DNA of 63,985 nt, filler included, from Olpidium bornovanus S191 (GCA_017911155.1; 31 parts of 31 records of this genome joined end to end with filler, not necessarily neighbours in it); one strand, 5' to 3'. Shown: positions 34,616 through 47,557, counted from the whole stretch's first letter. Made by a program: numbers and translations. The notes: a model not told the origin generated them from the letters alone.

Positions 34616-35090
34616 CTAGTCCTTGCCAATAAGCTTGGGGAAGCGCCTGGCAACCTGCGGACCAGAACCGCGGCTGGTGTTCCCCGAACAAACCTTTTTT
34701 TGTTTGAGTCTATTTACCTACCGTTCCCTCTACCAGATTCCATCCCATTACGCCCTTGTGGTTCTTACCATCAACCTTTTGTTGAGCTCAGCTTCGGAGA
34801 CTTGTAAGCGGGGCTCACGTGGCAAGCGACGTGCAGTACAAGGAGAAAAGCTGGCTATCGATGCCAGATTGCAAGGTACGCGTCTCCTGGGACCGTGCGC
34901 GGGAGGTTCCACGACCGCGGCGCCTCTCTACGCACCCTCTACCCGTCCCCCCGTTCCAAACTGGCTTTCGCCAACATATTCATCGCGCCCCCCGAAAGCT
35001 GCGAAAGAGCGAAACCAGCGGGGAACCAAAAAGTCGAAGGCAACATTGCGCGTGGTAGATTTGTTGGATTTGAATATTATATCGCACAGG
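34616..35090 (-). CDS. 3' exons of an unidentified gene (…SEAELNKRLM|VARRFPKLIGKD*)
   Basis: GTAAGA donor at 34768 and CAG acceptor at 34655 join in phase 0 to a stop at 34616. Upstream exon structure is uncertain. Confidence 0.3.
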
Positions 35091-35660
35091 CTTGCAGCGG
35101 GCGAAATCCCGGGTGACGATTAGGTAAACTCGTGTATACGGTTGTTCTGGTGAAGAACCGCGGTTCAGATGGCGAGCTGCGAGAGCGCCGCCCGAGTTTA
35201 CAATTCTAGTTCGCTCCAGAGCTGAAGGGCTTGGGCGAAGGACGTCACCGCAGGCGCGCGGAAAAAGAGGTATGGGGCCTGGTGGAAGCTAAAATGCAAA
35301 CGGATCGTCCGGAGCGGCGGGTTTTCCGGACACACTGGGCACGGTGTGTTTTTCGATCGTGTGCAAGCCGTCGAGCATAGCCAAAATGTTGCCAGTCAAC
35401 TACGATGCTCTTGACGTCCAGCTGCCCTATCCGACACCGCCGTTGTTTGTCATTCTGGTATTGTAACCTTCCGGAATCCTTCCGTGCTGACGTGTTGCAA
35501 ATTCTTATTCAACGGAACTTGGGCTAACTCGATTTGCTCTCGAAGGGGATGAGGTAGTGTTGGCGACTACCGCGATCTTTTAGTTGATGTTAAACATTTG
35601 TGGCTTACGCGGATGGATGGATCCAAGAAGGGAATGGAGCGTCCGGCACCGCAGAAGGCA

Positions 35661-36901
35661 TCATCGGTGGTCTGACCGGTGCAGATCAGTCTCGCCTTTC
35701 GTTAACGGGATATCGATGGCAGCCGTTCTTCGCTCGTCAGGGAGGCCATAAATGTACCTACAGCATAGTAACGTGCATCGGCGTTGAAGATCTGAACCTA
35801 TTCCCGGTCGCGAAAGCGCCCGGCGGCATAGAGCACTCACGTTGCATAGATCACCAGAAAAGCGCCGACAAGGAAGGTGCCAGTTACGGTGAAGTTGAAC
35901 AGGAATACAGACGCAATGCAGGAAAGAATAATAGAAACGCTTGTTGCGAAGCCCTTGAGGATGTTGTCGGCGTACTTGACGACCAGCGCGACAATGATTC
36001 CGCCGCCGGCCTGGCAGGCAATGGCGGCAAAGACGACGGAGTTGTATCCGTAAAAGAAGCCGTGCTCGACTACTCCCTGGCCGTGCTGCACGCACATGGC
36101 GATGATAGCCGGAGGGATCGAGAATAGGGAGAGTTGGACGTTGCGAACCCAGACCGACGTCTGGGTGCCCTTGAGGACCATCTCGAAGTAGACGCCGGCC
36201 AGTCCCGACAGCACGCATGCGCACGCCACGGCTAGCAGACCCAAGAACCGGTAGTCGGCCTCGTCCGCCACTTTCGCCGCCTCAATTTCCTCCGCGGCGT
36301 CGCCTCCACCTGCTACAGACGAGTTGGACGGCAGCTGGACTAGGACGACGCCGGCGGTCAGCAGGACAAGGGATAACCACTTCCGCACCGACAGGTCCCG
36401 CTTCAGCAGCAGGACGCTGAAAAGCGCCGTAGTAAGGATCTTGAGCTGGTAGGTGACCTGGAACGTGGCGGCGTCAAGGATGGAAACCGCGACGTACTGC
36501 AGGTTGTTCTGCACAGTGTATAGGGCAGCCGGCACAAGCATCTTCCATGCGTCCGACGAGAAGACCTCGCGGAACAGCTTCCACGGCAAGAAAGGTGCCG
36601 TCGGAACAAAGGCATCTCCTTCTGTCACGACGGACGACGGGAGCTCGTGTAGGTCATCGCTGCTTGGCAGTAGGTTGTGACCACTTGCGGCCCTCGCTCT
36701 CCCCTCTCGGAAGTAGACGGCGAGGCAGATCACCAGCTTGGAGATCTCGGAGACAACGACGGCGGTTGTGGTGAAGTACTGCGGTCCTGGTAACAGGCGA
36801 GAGTACCGCATGACGATGACGAGCAGGCTGTTCTGTACCACGAGCGTCACGAGCGCCAGATGCTTGAGCGGTAGCCCGAACAGCGCGGGCTCGTGCGCCA
36901 T
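35661..36901 (-). CDS. UDP-galactose / nucleotide-sugar transporter (SLC35A, Gms1-like); intron 35840-35758
   Basis: LALVTLVVQNSLLVIVMRYSR, VPAALYTVQNNLQY, FQVTYQLKILTTALFS, VVKYADNILKGFATSVSIILS, IYAT|YIYG. Confidence 0.93.
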
Positions 36902-37547
36902 GGCTTCCGGAGGCGTACGCGGACCGAGTCGCAGCCTGGAAACGGGGCGGGAGGGCCAGGTCTGGCGCGGAAGAGCGGCGGCGGAGGGGGCGGCGCAGAA
37001 AGGGGGCCGCCCTGCCCCGCACGACAGACAGCGCCGACGCCCACGGCGTTGGCCCCGAGGGTGGCGGGGGGGGTTCGCCCGGCGCCCGCTGAGAGCAAAA
37101 GGGAAAAAACCGCCGAGGTGCCAACCCCACAAAAGATTGCTGACCACGTCACGGTTCTCAGCCATCCCCCACCGTACGTGACCACATTCAGGAACGTAAA
37201 CACCTCCGACGGGGCACCCCTACCTGTGGCCTCTTGAGGGGTATTCCTGGTGGCCAAATCCGAAGTCTCACAGGATACACAAAAACTGAGAGTCGAACAC
37301 TTCCCAGGACCCCACTTTCTATCCGGCCCNNNNNNNNNNNNNNNNNNNNNNNNNNNNNNNNNNNNNNNNNNNNTTAATTAATTAANNNNNNNNNNNNNNN
37401 NNNNNNNNNNNNNNNNNNNNNNNNNNNNNATTGCGTAAGTTCACCACGTGTCAAAAATTTTGCCCCACAGTGCCGGATTGACCACTCACGCTCGAAATCA
37501 GGACAAACGCCTTTACAGCAGAGGGCGAAGAGTACGTCAAGACCGCC

Positions 37548-38732
37548 ATGATCAACCAGCCCCTGTCCGAACGACCCGGTGTCCCTGCCGCAACCGGCGA
37601 AGCACGGCAAGCCACCGGTGACTCTGGAGCGGCTGGGTTTGAGGCCAATTGTGCGCGGCTCGCTACACCGGACGCTGCTGAGGCGGAAATCGCCGGCGGA
37701 GCCGAGGCCTGTCCCGCCGAGCAAACAGACGGCGGACCGGTCACCTCGAGCATTGACGACAACCAGATGCCGGCTTCGATCCTGGCTAGGATCGCAAAGG
37801 GTGCCGTCGGGGAACCGTTTACGATGCAGAAGGAGGCGAAGCAGGCCGTCGCGAGGGCAGCGACCGCGTTCGTCAGCTACTTGGCTTTCCTGTGAGGAGG
37901 CGGTTTTCCGTCGAACGCGAAGATATTTCTGCGCCACACTGCGCCGGCGGCCGCTCATTACCGCGCGTTAATTTTGCTGCCCTGTCCGTTGCCGCCTTTT
38001 GCTTACCGTCCACGCACGCGTGGGGAAAAGCTCCGACGAGATCGGAAGGTCGTGCCAGAGGAGAACTATTTCCGCACAAGACGTGTTTGCGGCTCTGGAA
38101 ACGGACTTTTTGGACTTCCTGCCGCAGCTCAGGGCCCGCTTTGATGGTATAAAGCCGACTGGTTCTGTGTCGCCGTGGAGATAATGCCGATGTCGTGAAT
38201 CCGCTTGTCCCTTTCTGATTGGGACGCCCCTGCGCAACCAGCCTATAAACGTGCCAAGAAGTCCGCCACGATTGCAACCGGGCCGCCCGCCGTGTCCGCT
38301 GCTGGTGCCGCGAGAAAGGAGACGCCGATGGTTTCCTTTAACGGAGCGCCCGCTTTGGACCGCGAGGCCGGATGCGAACATTCCGGGACGGAGTCGCAAG
38401 CTGCCGATGCCGTCGCCCAGGGTAACGAAGCTGCAGTGGAACCATCAGACGTCGGCGATTTCTCGGCGAGTACGAATGAGGCCGACGCGGAGCGGACGGT
38501 GCTCCCGGCCGACTTACAGGGGGACGATGAGGCAGGTGATCGATGCGTGGCTTCAAACATGCTGCCGCAAGCTGCCGATGCCGTCGCCCAGGACAGCGAA
38601 GCTGCAATGGATCCACCAGACGTCGGCGATTTTTCGGCGAGCACGAATAAGGCCGCCGCGGAACGGACGGTGCTCCCGGCCGATCTACAGGGGGACGATG
38701 AGGCAGTTGGTCGATGTGTGGCTTCAAACATG
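37548..38732 (+). CDS. DPB4: Histone-fold protein, DPB4/POLE3/CHRAC17-like, with acidic repeat tail (3' partial); exons 37548-37891, 38031-38146, 38242->38732
   Basis: IDDNQMPASILARIAK...KEAKQAVARAATAFVSYL|...RRTISAQDVFAAL...FLPQLRARFD|AYKRAKK; two phase-consistent introns. Assignment among histone-fold paralogues is moderate. Confidence 0.75.
38395..38732 (+). repeat. 171-bp coding tandem repeat (57 aa), about 2 copies, running to the contig end
   Basis: cgcaagctgccgatgccgtcgcccag occurs at 38395 and 38566. Confidence 0.95.
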
Positions 38733-39369
38733 NNNNNNNNNNNNNNNNNNNNNNNNNNNNNNNNNNNNNNNNNNNNTTAATTAATTAANNNNNNNNNNNN
38801 NNNNNNNNNNNNNNNNNNNNNNNNNNNNNNNNGCCGGGGGGAGGCCCCGGACACCCCCCGGGGGAAAGAGAAATTTTTCAAACGTTCCCCCCCCCTCCCG
38901 GGCTGTGTTTCTGGGGGCCGCCCATGCGGGGGGGGGGGGGAGCAAAGGCACCAACGCGGGATCGCCTGGACTGGCCGAAGCAGGGGAAGGGCGGAGAAGG
39001 GGGGTTGCCCTGAACACACGGGACAGGCGCGGTTCGAAGAGAAGCGCCCCGGGCGGCCGTACTGCGGCCGTTAAATTTGTACGGTCAGAGCGGGCGGTGG
39101 CCGACGTACGGCATGGACCCGCCACGCGCTCTCTCACCCGTCCTGCTGTGTGCGGGGAAGTGGGATGGGGGGTGCGGCTTAGCCGGCGGTTGGCAGGAGA
39201 AAAGCCTCGGGGGGGATTGGGGTGGGGGGTGTGGGGCGGGGGTTAACGGAATGATGACGAAATTTCGAAATGACGACGAAATTTCTTCAGCTACGCGGGG
39301 ACCAGGCGTTTCTTTGCGTTTCCGCCTCGGCCGCGCACGCAGCAGATGTGCCAACCGCAGAAAGAATGC

Positions 39370-39686
39370 GCGCTCCAGAGAGAGGCGCGCTCCAGAGAGA
39401 GGGAGGGAGAATGGACGGGAAGGGAAGAGAGAGAGCGAGACAGAGGGGAAAAAATAAGAGACAAAGAGAGAGAGAGGAGAGAGGAGAGAGAGAGGGAGAG
39501 AGAGAGAGAAAGCGAGAGAGAGAGAGAGGCAGAGAGAGAGAGAGAAAGCGAGAGAGAGAGAGAGGCAGAGAGAGCGGAAGCGAGCGAGAGAGAAGGCAAA
39601 CGAGCGAGAGAGAGACAGACCGAGCGGGAGAGAGAGCAAACGAGCGAGAGAAGAGAGACCGAAAATAAGAGGAAGAGAGAAAAAAG

Positions 39687-39742
<56 letters not shown>

Positions 39743-39780
39743 TAAAAGAGAGATAAAAAGAGAAGGAGAGAAAAGACAGG
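39370..39780. repeat. (AG)n-rich microsatellite region
   Basis: Extended, interrupted GA dinucleotide tracts. Confidence 0.95.
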
Positions 39781-40202
39781 CCAGGCAGTTGAGTTCAGTG
39801 GATCACGTTCTCTTTTATTTCCCTCAGGCGAGAAGGTCCTCCCTGGTTGGGCGGGGCGAGGGAGCGGAGAGGGGGGAGGGGGGGAATTCGACGCGCTCGT
39901 TCAAGTTGGCAGGCGGAAGAAAGGAAGGGGCGGTAGGGCGAGAAAAAATGTCGCCTTTGCACCGGGCGACCTCGGTGTTCCCGTTCGCCAAACGCTTACC
40001 TTGTGTGGGGGGAGAGAGGGGGGGGGGGTTTGCGTCGCGTATCTTCGTCCGCCGTTCCATTCCAAACTCCAAGACTTCGCAAAGGGGGTCCGCGTAATAG
40101 GGTTAGAGAAACGCCAGCCGACTCGGACTTTCGCACCCAGTTCTCTCCGGCGCGCCCAAAATCCGACGCGAAGCAGTCCCCCCCCCCCCCCCCCCCCCGA
40201 AA

Positions 40203-40240
<38 letters not shown>

Positions 40241-41565
40241 GACANNNNNNNNNNNNNNNNNNNNNNNNNNNNNNNNNNNNNNNNNNNNTTAATTAATTAA
40301 NNNNNNNNNNNNNNNNNNNNNNNNNNNNNNNNNNNNNNNNNNNNCCATGCGTGCGTCCGGGTTGTCACCCACCCTTGCGGGGGCTAGCCCCTGTTATATG
40401 GGCTTCCGCGGCGTTTTACATCTAGGGCAGTGCCACCCTCTTGGCGCCCTCGGGAGTCAAGATCCCCATCCGGGTGGTTGCATTCTGGCCCCTGGCGCCA
40501 GCACCTGTGATTCGCGATTCCCCGTCCGACCCTCGGGTAACGCGCCCTCAGTTGGCGCTTCTCTCGCTGTAAAGTTCTGAGGTCACGTAAAAGGCTGTCG
40601 CAGGAAAAATTTTCCAACAGCAGTAAACCGGCTCACTTGCTTTTTCTTTCAATCGCGAAACGAGCTGACGGTTGCGTTTGTAAACCATACAGGTACAGCA
40701 ACGATGGGTCTCGGGGGCCATTAGCGGGTGGAAAACAGAAAACAATTCTGGCCGACACCGGGTGACGAACGGGGGTGTGGGGGGGTGGGGGGGAAGTGGC
40801 CCACCCGTGGAAAAAAAAAAAAAAAAAAAAAAACAAAAAAAGAAAGGGTTCCAGCAGTCGCCGTTGCTCGTAATATCCGTGATGACAAACCCTTCCAGTG
40901 TCGTGCTTCCCTCTGCGTTTGAACTTTTGTTGTGTCCTGTTGGGCTGGGTCGGGTTCGTCCGGGTTCATCGCCCTGCGGGGCGGCCACCGGGCTGGGTTG
41001 GTTTCGTCGCCCGGCGGATATGATTCCCCGAACTGTTCGGGTGGAGAAAGGCCTTGGATTTTGGCCGAAACCCCGATGCCGAAAACCCCATAAAATATGT
41101 GCAACGCCAAATCTGCACAAAAATGCAGCGCTCAACCTGATACTCAAAAATCCCATAAAAGATGTGGAACGCTTAGTCCCGTATATACAGGGTAAAAAAA
41201 AAGGTAACGCTCGTTCTCATATTTAACCCCGGCACACTGTGCGGAAGTGTTCCCAAACATCGTATACCCGGTCATTTCACCAGCCCGCGCATCCGAAATT
41301 CAATCTCACTAAGAAAATTGTATTCGAAGTATGTTGCACTTACCTTGAACTGTGCACTGTGCGGGGGGAAACCCAACGGTCAGCAACTCTCACTTGCGAC
41401 CAACCCAACCAGACCATCCAAAATTTGATCCCTAAGAAGATCAGATATACGGGACGCCTCCATGGNNNNNNNNNNNNNNNNNNNNNNNNNNNNNNNNNNN
41501 NNNNNNNNNTTAATTAATTAANNNNNNNNNNNNNNNNNNNNNNNNNNNNNNNNNNNNNNNNNNNN

Positions 41566-42965
41566 CATGCCGTTCGGGTGGAAGCAAACCTGACAGCGGG
41601 CGAGACTGTGAGCGAAAACTCCGGAGAGCGGAAAGGTTCGGAACCTGTCAAGTGCGCTGCAAAAAGCTTTCGATCTTTACCTCGTTGACTGGCTAATGCG
41701 CAATCAAAGCCAAAAATGGGGCCGCGAAGAAGGAAAAAAAAGGAGTCAGTTCACCGTCTACACGCTGCGCGCCAAAAGCCGCGGCAGATTGCAGAGGGAC
41801 GCAACCAGCAAAACGTACGGCGGCGTGGTCGTACAGGGTCCGGATCACCGGTTTCTCGACCGGCTCCCCCGTCCTCGAGTTTACCCGGTTGCACCGGGCC
41901 ACGTCGATGACTTTCAGCGAGGAGTCGGCGGACCCGGTGGCGATGAATCTACCGTCCTGGCTGAATGCCGCCGTCGTGCACGGGCCCTTGTGAGAAGTGG
42001 TGTACATCGTGCGGTAATTCGGCACGTATCTGAGCTCTGTCGCGGGCGTTGAGCAAAGCGGGCCGCCAGGTTGCAAGGAGAGCTAAGGTCACGGACGGCG
42101 TCTCCGGTCCCGCCCGCAAATGTCAGCAGTAAGGACAGTGACGGCAGCGTACCGGGTGCCGTCTCGGCGTCTATGTACAACACGTTCTTCTCCCTCTCCC
42201 CTTCGTCCTCCCCGGCTTTGTCGGCCGCCAAAGTGAATTTGAAATCGTCGCCTTCTTCGTCTGCGGCGGTCGCGGCAGGACACACGTTTCTCGGTTACTT
42301 CAACGACCTCCATAGGACGAAAAGACAAAAAAAAAAAAACTCGAAGAGAAGCACAAAAAAAGAGGCGCGCAACCGGGCTCCGGCGCGCCTCGGGCGCGCG
42401 CGCCCACCCAAAACGCGGGTGTCCAAAAGCCCGTCGCACCACGCACCCAGTTCCTGTTCCTTCTGAAGGCCCAGGTTCACCAATTCGGCCAGCCGGTTGC
42501 TCGGGAGGTCCACGGCGGTGTCCGTCTGCTCCGCAACGACCGACGCGAGCTGGGTATGCCCGAACTCGGCCAGCTGTCTTGAAGGGGTGTGGCGCGGACG
42601 AGGGAAAGGGTAGGGGGGGGGGAGGTGGAGGTGGGGGGAGAGTCAGCGATCGGGAGGGAAAGCGGCCAGGCGGCGGCGGCGGCGGCGGCGGCGTTCTGAA
42701 GGCAAGGGGGGGTCGGACACCGCCCCGACGGTCCGGCTGCGCTTCGGGCAGAAGCGGCGCGGAGGCGGCTGGGGAACCCCGGGGGGCCGGGGGGCGGTTG
42801 CTGTTTTCGGGGCGCGCGCAGGGGCGAAAAAGCGGGGCGGCGTTCCGCTCACCTTACGACGAGCTTGAGCAGCTCCTCCTGCTCCAGCTGCGGCGGCGGC
42901 GGGGGCCCGTCGCGCTTGGCGTGCAGGTCGGCGCCGGCGGGCTGGCCGTCGTCCATCTCGTCCAT
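41566..42965 (-). CDS. CSTF1: Cleavage stimulation factor 50-kDa subunit (CstF-50, WD40), 3' partial, multi-exon
   Basis: LLKLVV|.QLAEFGH...PSNRLAELVNLGL (homodimer domain), YTTSHKGPCTTAAFSQDGRFIATGSADSSLKVIDV...PVIRTLYDH, then PVNE|VCFHPNGM. Confidence 0.9.
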
Positions 42966-44292
42966 GTGAGCGGCGGGCGGCGGGGTATCCCGTCTCGCGC
43001 AGGTTTTCCTTTCTCCTTCCAAGCGGGCGGCGTGCGGAAAAGGCCCGGCTCTTTTTTTTTTTTTTTTTTTTTTCTTTTCTTCTCCGGGCGACGGCGCGGA
43101 ACGAACGGCGAGTGGGAATAGGTCACGTGACAGGCAGGGGATCTTTTTTTCTTGTTTCGCCTGCCTGCGGATGCTCCGACGCGATCGGTCGCTCTTTTCT
43201 TCGGGGCAAAAACATACTGCGGGGTACACCTTGCGAAGTGCGGCGTCATCATGAGGATCCTTGCCGCGCTGTTGTGCTGTTGTGCGGTTTTCTCGNNNNN
43301 NNNNNNNNNNNNNNNNNNNNNNNNNNNNNNNNNNNNNNNTTAATTAATTAANNNNNNNNNNNNNNNNNNNNNNNNNNNNNNNNNNNNNNNNNNNNCATCA
43401 TTGTGCTTTCAGGTAGGATTCGTCGCCGTTACAGATTAAAATGCAAGTGGTCCTTGTGCCAATGTTTGCCGTCTTGTTCCTCCTTACAGTCGGGGGGCGC
43501 AAAGACAAACCACACTCTAACACCGACGACAACAAACGGCAACAAGGACGTTAAGTGACCGTTGGGTGTTGCCATTTTGTTGCACACCAAACCAGCGCGG
43601 GGAGGGGGGGGGAGGGGTTCGCTTAGAAACAGGGGCAAATGTGCCTCGGCGCACCCCCGACCGCCCCGCGCCGGAGCCCCCACGCGTCCGAAACCCCCGC
43701 CCCTTCCCCCCCCCACACACCTTTTTCTCCCTAAAGCCTCTCCGCACGTATGTGTCAATGTGATGAATTTGTCGGACAGGGGAGGAGGAGAAGCGGGGGG
43801 GGGGGGGTTGGCGGGCAGGGGTCGTGGGCTCGACCAACACGCCGCCACGTGAGAGACGCCTCCTCCGTCCCTCTCGCGGTCTTTTTTAGGATCGCCGGAG
43901 CCGAGGGGAGGGAGGGCAAGAGTGGGAGAGAGGAGATTGGCGAGCGGCGAGAGAGGAGGAGAGGAGAGGGGGGGGAGAGAGAGAGAGATGAGAAGAGAGC
44001 GCGCGGCGCGAGAGAGAGAGAGAGAGAGCGGGACAGGGAGAGAGGATAAGTCAGGTCCTCCTCCTCCCCACCCCCTTTTTCCCTCCTTCCTCCTCCGGGG
44101 GATGGGATGGGGGCATCCTTTTTCCGCGGGCGGGTTGGCCCTGCCTCCCCCGGTGTGCGATGAGGTTCTTTCTCGTTACGCGGCGCCAAACGCTTCCCCC
44201 CCTCCGCGCCTCCCGACGGCTCCCCCTTTATTATTTTCTTTTTCTTTTTCTTTTTTTTTTTTTTTTTTTTTTTTTTCCCCCCCCCCCCCCCC

Positions 44293-44345
<53 letters not shown>

Positions 44346-44674
44346 CCCCCCCCCCCCCCCCCCCCTCCCCCCCCCCCCCCCACCCCCCGCCCCCCCCCCC
44401 CCCGCGCCCCCCCGGNNNNNNNNNNNNNNNNNNNNNNNNNNNNNNNNNNNNNNNNNNNNTTAATTAATTAANNNNNNNNNNNNNNNNNNNNNNNNNNNNN
44501 NNNNNNNNNNNNNNNCATGCCGAGGCCGCCCAGGAAAACGGCGCCTGCAATTTGTAGGGCCGAACCGAACCGATTGGCACGGGTTAGGAACTCCGGGATC
44601 GGCCCGTTCGGAGGGGAAAGAAAAAGACAGAAAAAAAAAGGAGAAAAAAAGGCAGAAGGGCCTGGTTCGCTCAC

Positions 44675-44990
44675 CTGTCGAGATGTCGAACGGCACGTCC
44701 CGCATACCGGGGACCTTCAACCCGTGGCGACTTTCGACGTAGCTGCCGAAGACGAGGGAGGCAAAGCCGGCGGCGACGCAGAGCGCGGTGACGGCCAGCA
44801 GGGCCTTTCTGACGAGTTTGAAGTTCCGAGGTTGGTGGGCGACGGGCAGGTCAGCCCGCTTCTTCACCGCATTGTCGTACATCCCCTCAAAAGACTGGGA
44901 CTGCGATCGGTTAACGACGGCGGTCCCCCGCCCCCGCCCGAGGCCCGACGACACGGCGGTGTGTGCCTCGCCCGACGATCCCGCCGTCAT
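44675..44990 (-). CDS. First exon of an unidentified membrane protein (3' partial)
   Basis: ATG at 44990, hydrophobic segment ALLAVTALCVAAGFASLVFGSYV, GTGAGC donor at 44674. Confidence 0.5.
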
Positions 44991-45782
44991 TGGATTATAC
45001 AGATTACGCTGGGAGGGGGAAGGAGAAAGTGGAGGGGGAGGGGAATTGGAGCAGGTTGAAAGCGGAGGATTAAAAGATTAGGATCCGGCCTTCCGCATAC
45101 GCGGATGGTTGATTAGGGCAAAATCAATGGGGGCGGGAGGGGAGAAGCAACGCCCTTTCAGGGAAAAGCGGCAGGGGAAAGGGCAGCAGGGTCTTTTTTG
45201 GGGGGACCGGCCGCGCAAAAACCGCAGCGTGTAAGGGAGGTTGTGAAGGGGGGCGTCGGGGCGCAGCTGCAGGCACGCATGGGCGGGAGCGTGGGCAGGG
45301 TGAGGGGAAGCGGAAAGTGGCAAATTTCCTCAGAAAATTTCCGGGCCAATCGGCCAATCTGCGGGCCAATCGGAAAAAAAGAATAAATAAAACTCTCTCC
45401 CCACCGCATCTTCACACCCGCAACCGGGGAACCGAGAGAAATGACGCGGTTTGTCCGTTATTCAAACGCAAACGCGCGTTCTCCCATCTCTGACAGCACA
45501 GATTCTAGCCCCTGCCCACACCCCAGGTGAGGCGACCACCCCTGCGAGTAACGACATGTCCCGCAGCACTAACAACAGCAGCCAGCTTCCCGGCACGCGC
45601 CCACAGCCTCGCCGTCCGCCGCCGCCACACCGCCTTCCCTCTGCGGCCCACGCCTGCGTCATTCCCCCCAACCCCTTCTTTTTCCTTCCTGCCCCCGCTC
45701 ATGCGTCGCGCCTTTCCTCGTTGCTTCTCGCCCGCCAGACTTACAACCGCTGCGGCAGGACCCTGTCCTCGACTCGCTGAAA

Positions 45783-45851
<69 letters not shown>

Positions 45852-46511
45852 ACCCCCCCCCCCCCCCCCCCCCCCCCCCCCACCCACACACCCCCCGCCT
45901 TAAACTGCGCCGCTGACGAGGAGTTCTGGCCGCGGAAAAGTCTGGCGTGACCTTTGGAACCGGTGGATCTTGGAAAACCCGCGCGTTGGAAACAACCTCT
46001 CATTGATGCTGCTGACAAGCTTTGCTTCTCGCAGCGCCCCAAAATGCTTACTATTCCGCGCACTGTGCCCCTTCTGCGGTCATTGTTGAGTAGCGTTGGA
46101 GATAAGACGCATTTGTTACGTAACCGTAGGGCCGTCCTCACTATGGCGCGCCCTCTATCTGAATACGCAGTCAGCGACTTCTTTGAAAACACAACCGCCA
46201 TTTGCTCCCATGCTAACTTTGCGGCGGCTGCCTGATCATCCAACCGGTCCATTTATCAAGTGTGTCCGCCTGACAGTTTCCGCCGAGTTCCGCGAAGAAT
46301 CGGCTTCTCTGTCTATTTTCTTTTCCTTTTCCTGTTTTTTTTTTTCTTCTTTTCTTCTTTTGATAGTTAGTAAGTTCCACCCGGCTCCAACGCGTGCGGC
46401 GGCGGGGNNNNNNNNNNNNNNNNNNNNNNNNNNNNNNNNNNNNNNNNNNNNTTAATTAATTAANNNNNNNNNNNNNNNNNNNNNNNNNNNNNNNNNNNNN
46501 NNNNNNNGGCC

Positions 46512-46543
<32 letters not shown>

Positions 46544-46552
46544 CCGGGGGGG

Positions 46553-46595
<43 letters not shown>

Positions 46596-47201
46596 CGCGG
46601 GCTGGCGTGCGCTCAGTGCGTCGTCATCCACGGGCTCTGTAGAATTCCCGCGCCTCCTTTTTTTTTTTTGTTTTCGGAGAGGAGAAGGAGAGCCCCACGG
46701 GGAAGGGGGTGCCCGTTCACGTATTTTTTTCCCGTGATTTCTACATACCCGGTTTTATAGAGAGGAGGAAGGAAGAGGAGGAGGAGGAGGAGGAGGAGAG
46801 TTTTTCCAAAGAGGAGGTAAAAATAACCCCGACGGGGCGGAAGGGCTCTCTCTCTCTCTATCCTCCCCACCCCGCCCCCACCCCCCCACCTCCCCCTGGA
46901 AACTGTAGAGAATAAAGGGGCAAAATAAAGGGGGAAGCTTGGACGCTGCGCGCACCAGCCCGCGTTGGCCGCTTTTGTAGAATCCCCAGCTCCCGTGGTA
47001 TAAAATAGGGCTAGAGCAAACTAGGAAACAAACGCCCCAGAACACGAAATAAAGTTCTCCTTCCTTCGCCTTCGTCTTCGGTCCGGCTCCAACAGAAACC
47101 ACCCACACCCCCCCCCCCCCAAGAAACGGCCAAATTTCAAAAAAAAAAAAAAAAATTTCAAAAAAAAGCTAGAAGACTCCAGTAGAACGCGTCCAGTAAC
47201 C

Positions 47202-47557
47202 ATGCCTCCTCCAAAGCAGCAAGCAAGGCACCTTGAACGCGCTCGACAAGCAAAAAAAAAAACGCGAAATGGCACGCTGATTTCCAGTAGTGAGTCTCAT
47301 GCAACCTGGCTACCAGTGGACGAAGAGGAAGAGGAAGAGGAAGAGGAAGAACATATTTTTTAAGAGAACGAAGACAACGCAGCCGAGGAGGCCAACGAAA
47401 ACAGCAGTGCGACTGAGCTTGATGCTGTCATGGAGAGACTTGAGCACTTGTCAGACGTTGAAAGTTCACGGCGGCCATTGCGTTACATCAGAAACTCTGA
47501 GCGCACAAAACGACGACGGAAAGCGGAGCAAGCAGTGGCTGCTAAAGGAACAAAGCA
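47202..47557 (+). pseudogene. Frameshifted acidic/basic ORF fragment, possibly the N-terminus of a DNA transposase
   Basis: MPPPKQQARHLERARQAKK...DEEEEEEEEE [frameshift] ...RPLRYIRNSERTKRRRKAEQAVAAKGTK. The catalytic part is not in the contig. Confidence 0.3.

Noticed and set aside
38395-38732. 171-bp unit equal in length to primate alpha satellite
   Set aside because: GC-rich, in frame within a coding exon and only about two copies; the length match is coincidental.
41176-41455. 11-bp inverted repeat (GTCCCGTATAT...ATATACGGGAC) as MITE termini
   Set aside because: No TSD, and a single 11-bp match in about 1 kb is plausible by chance.
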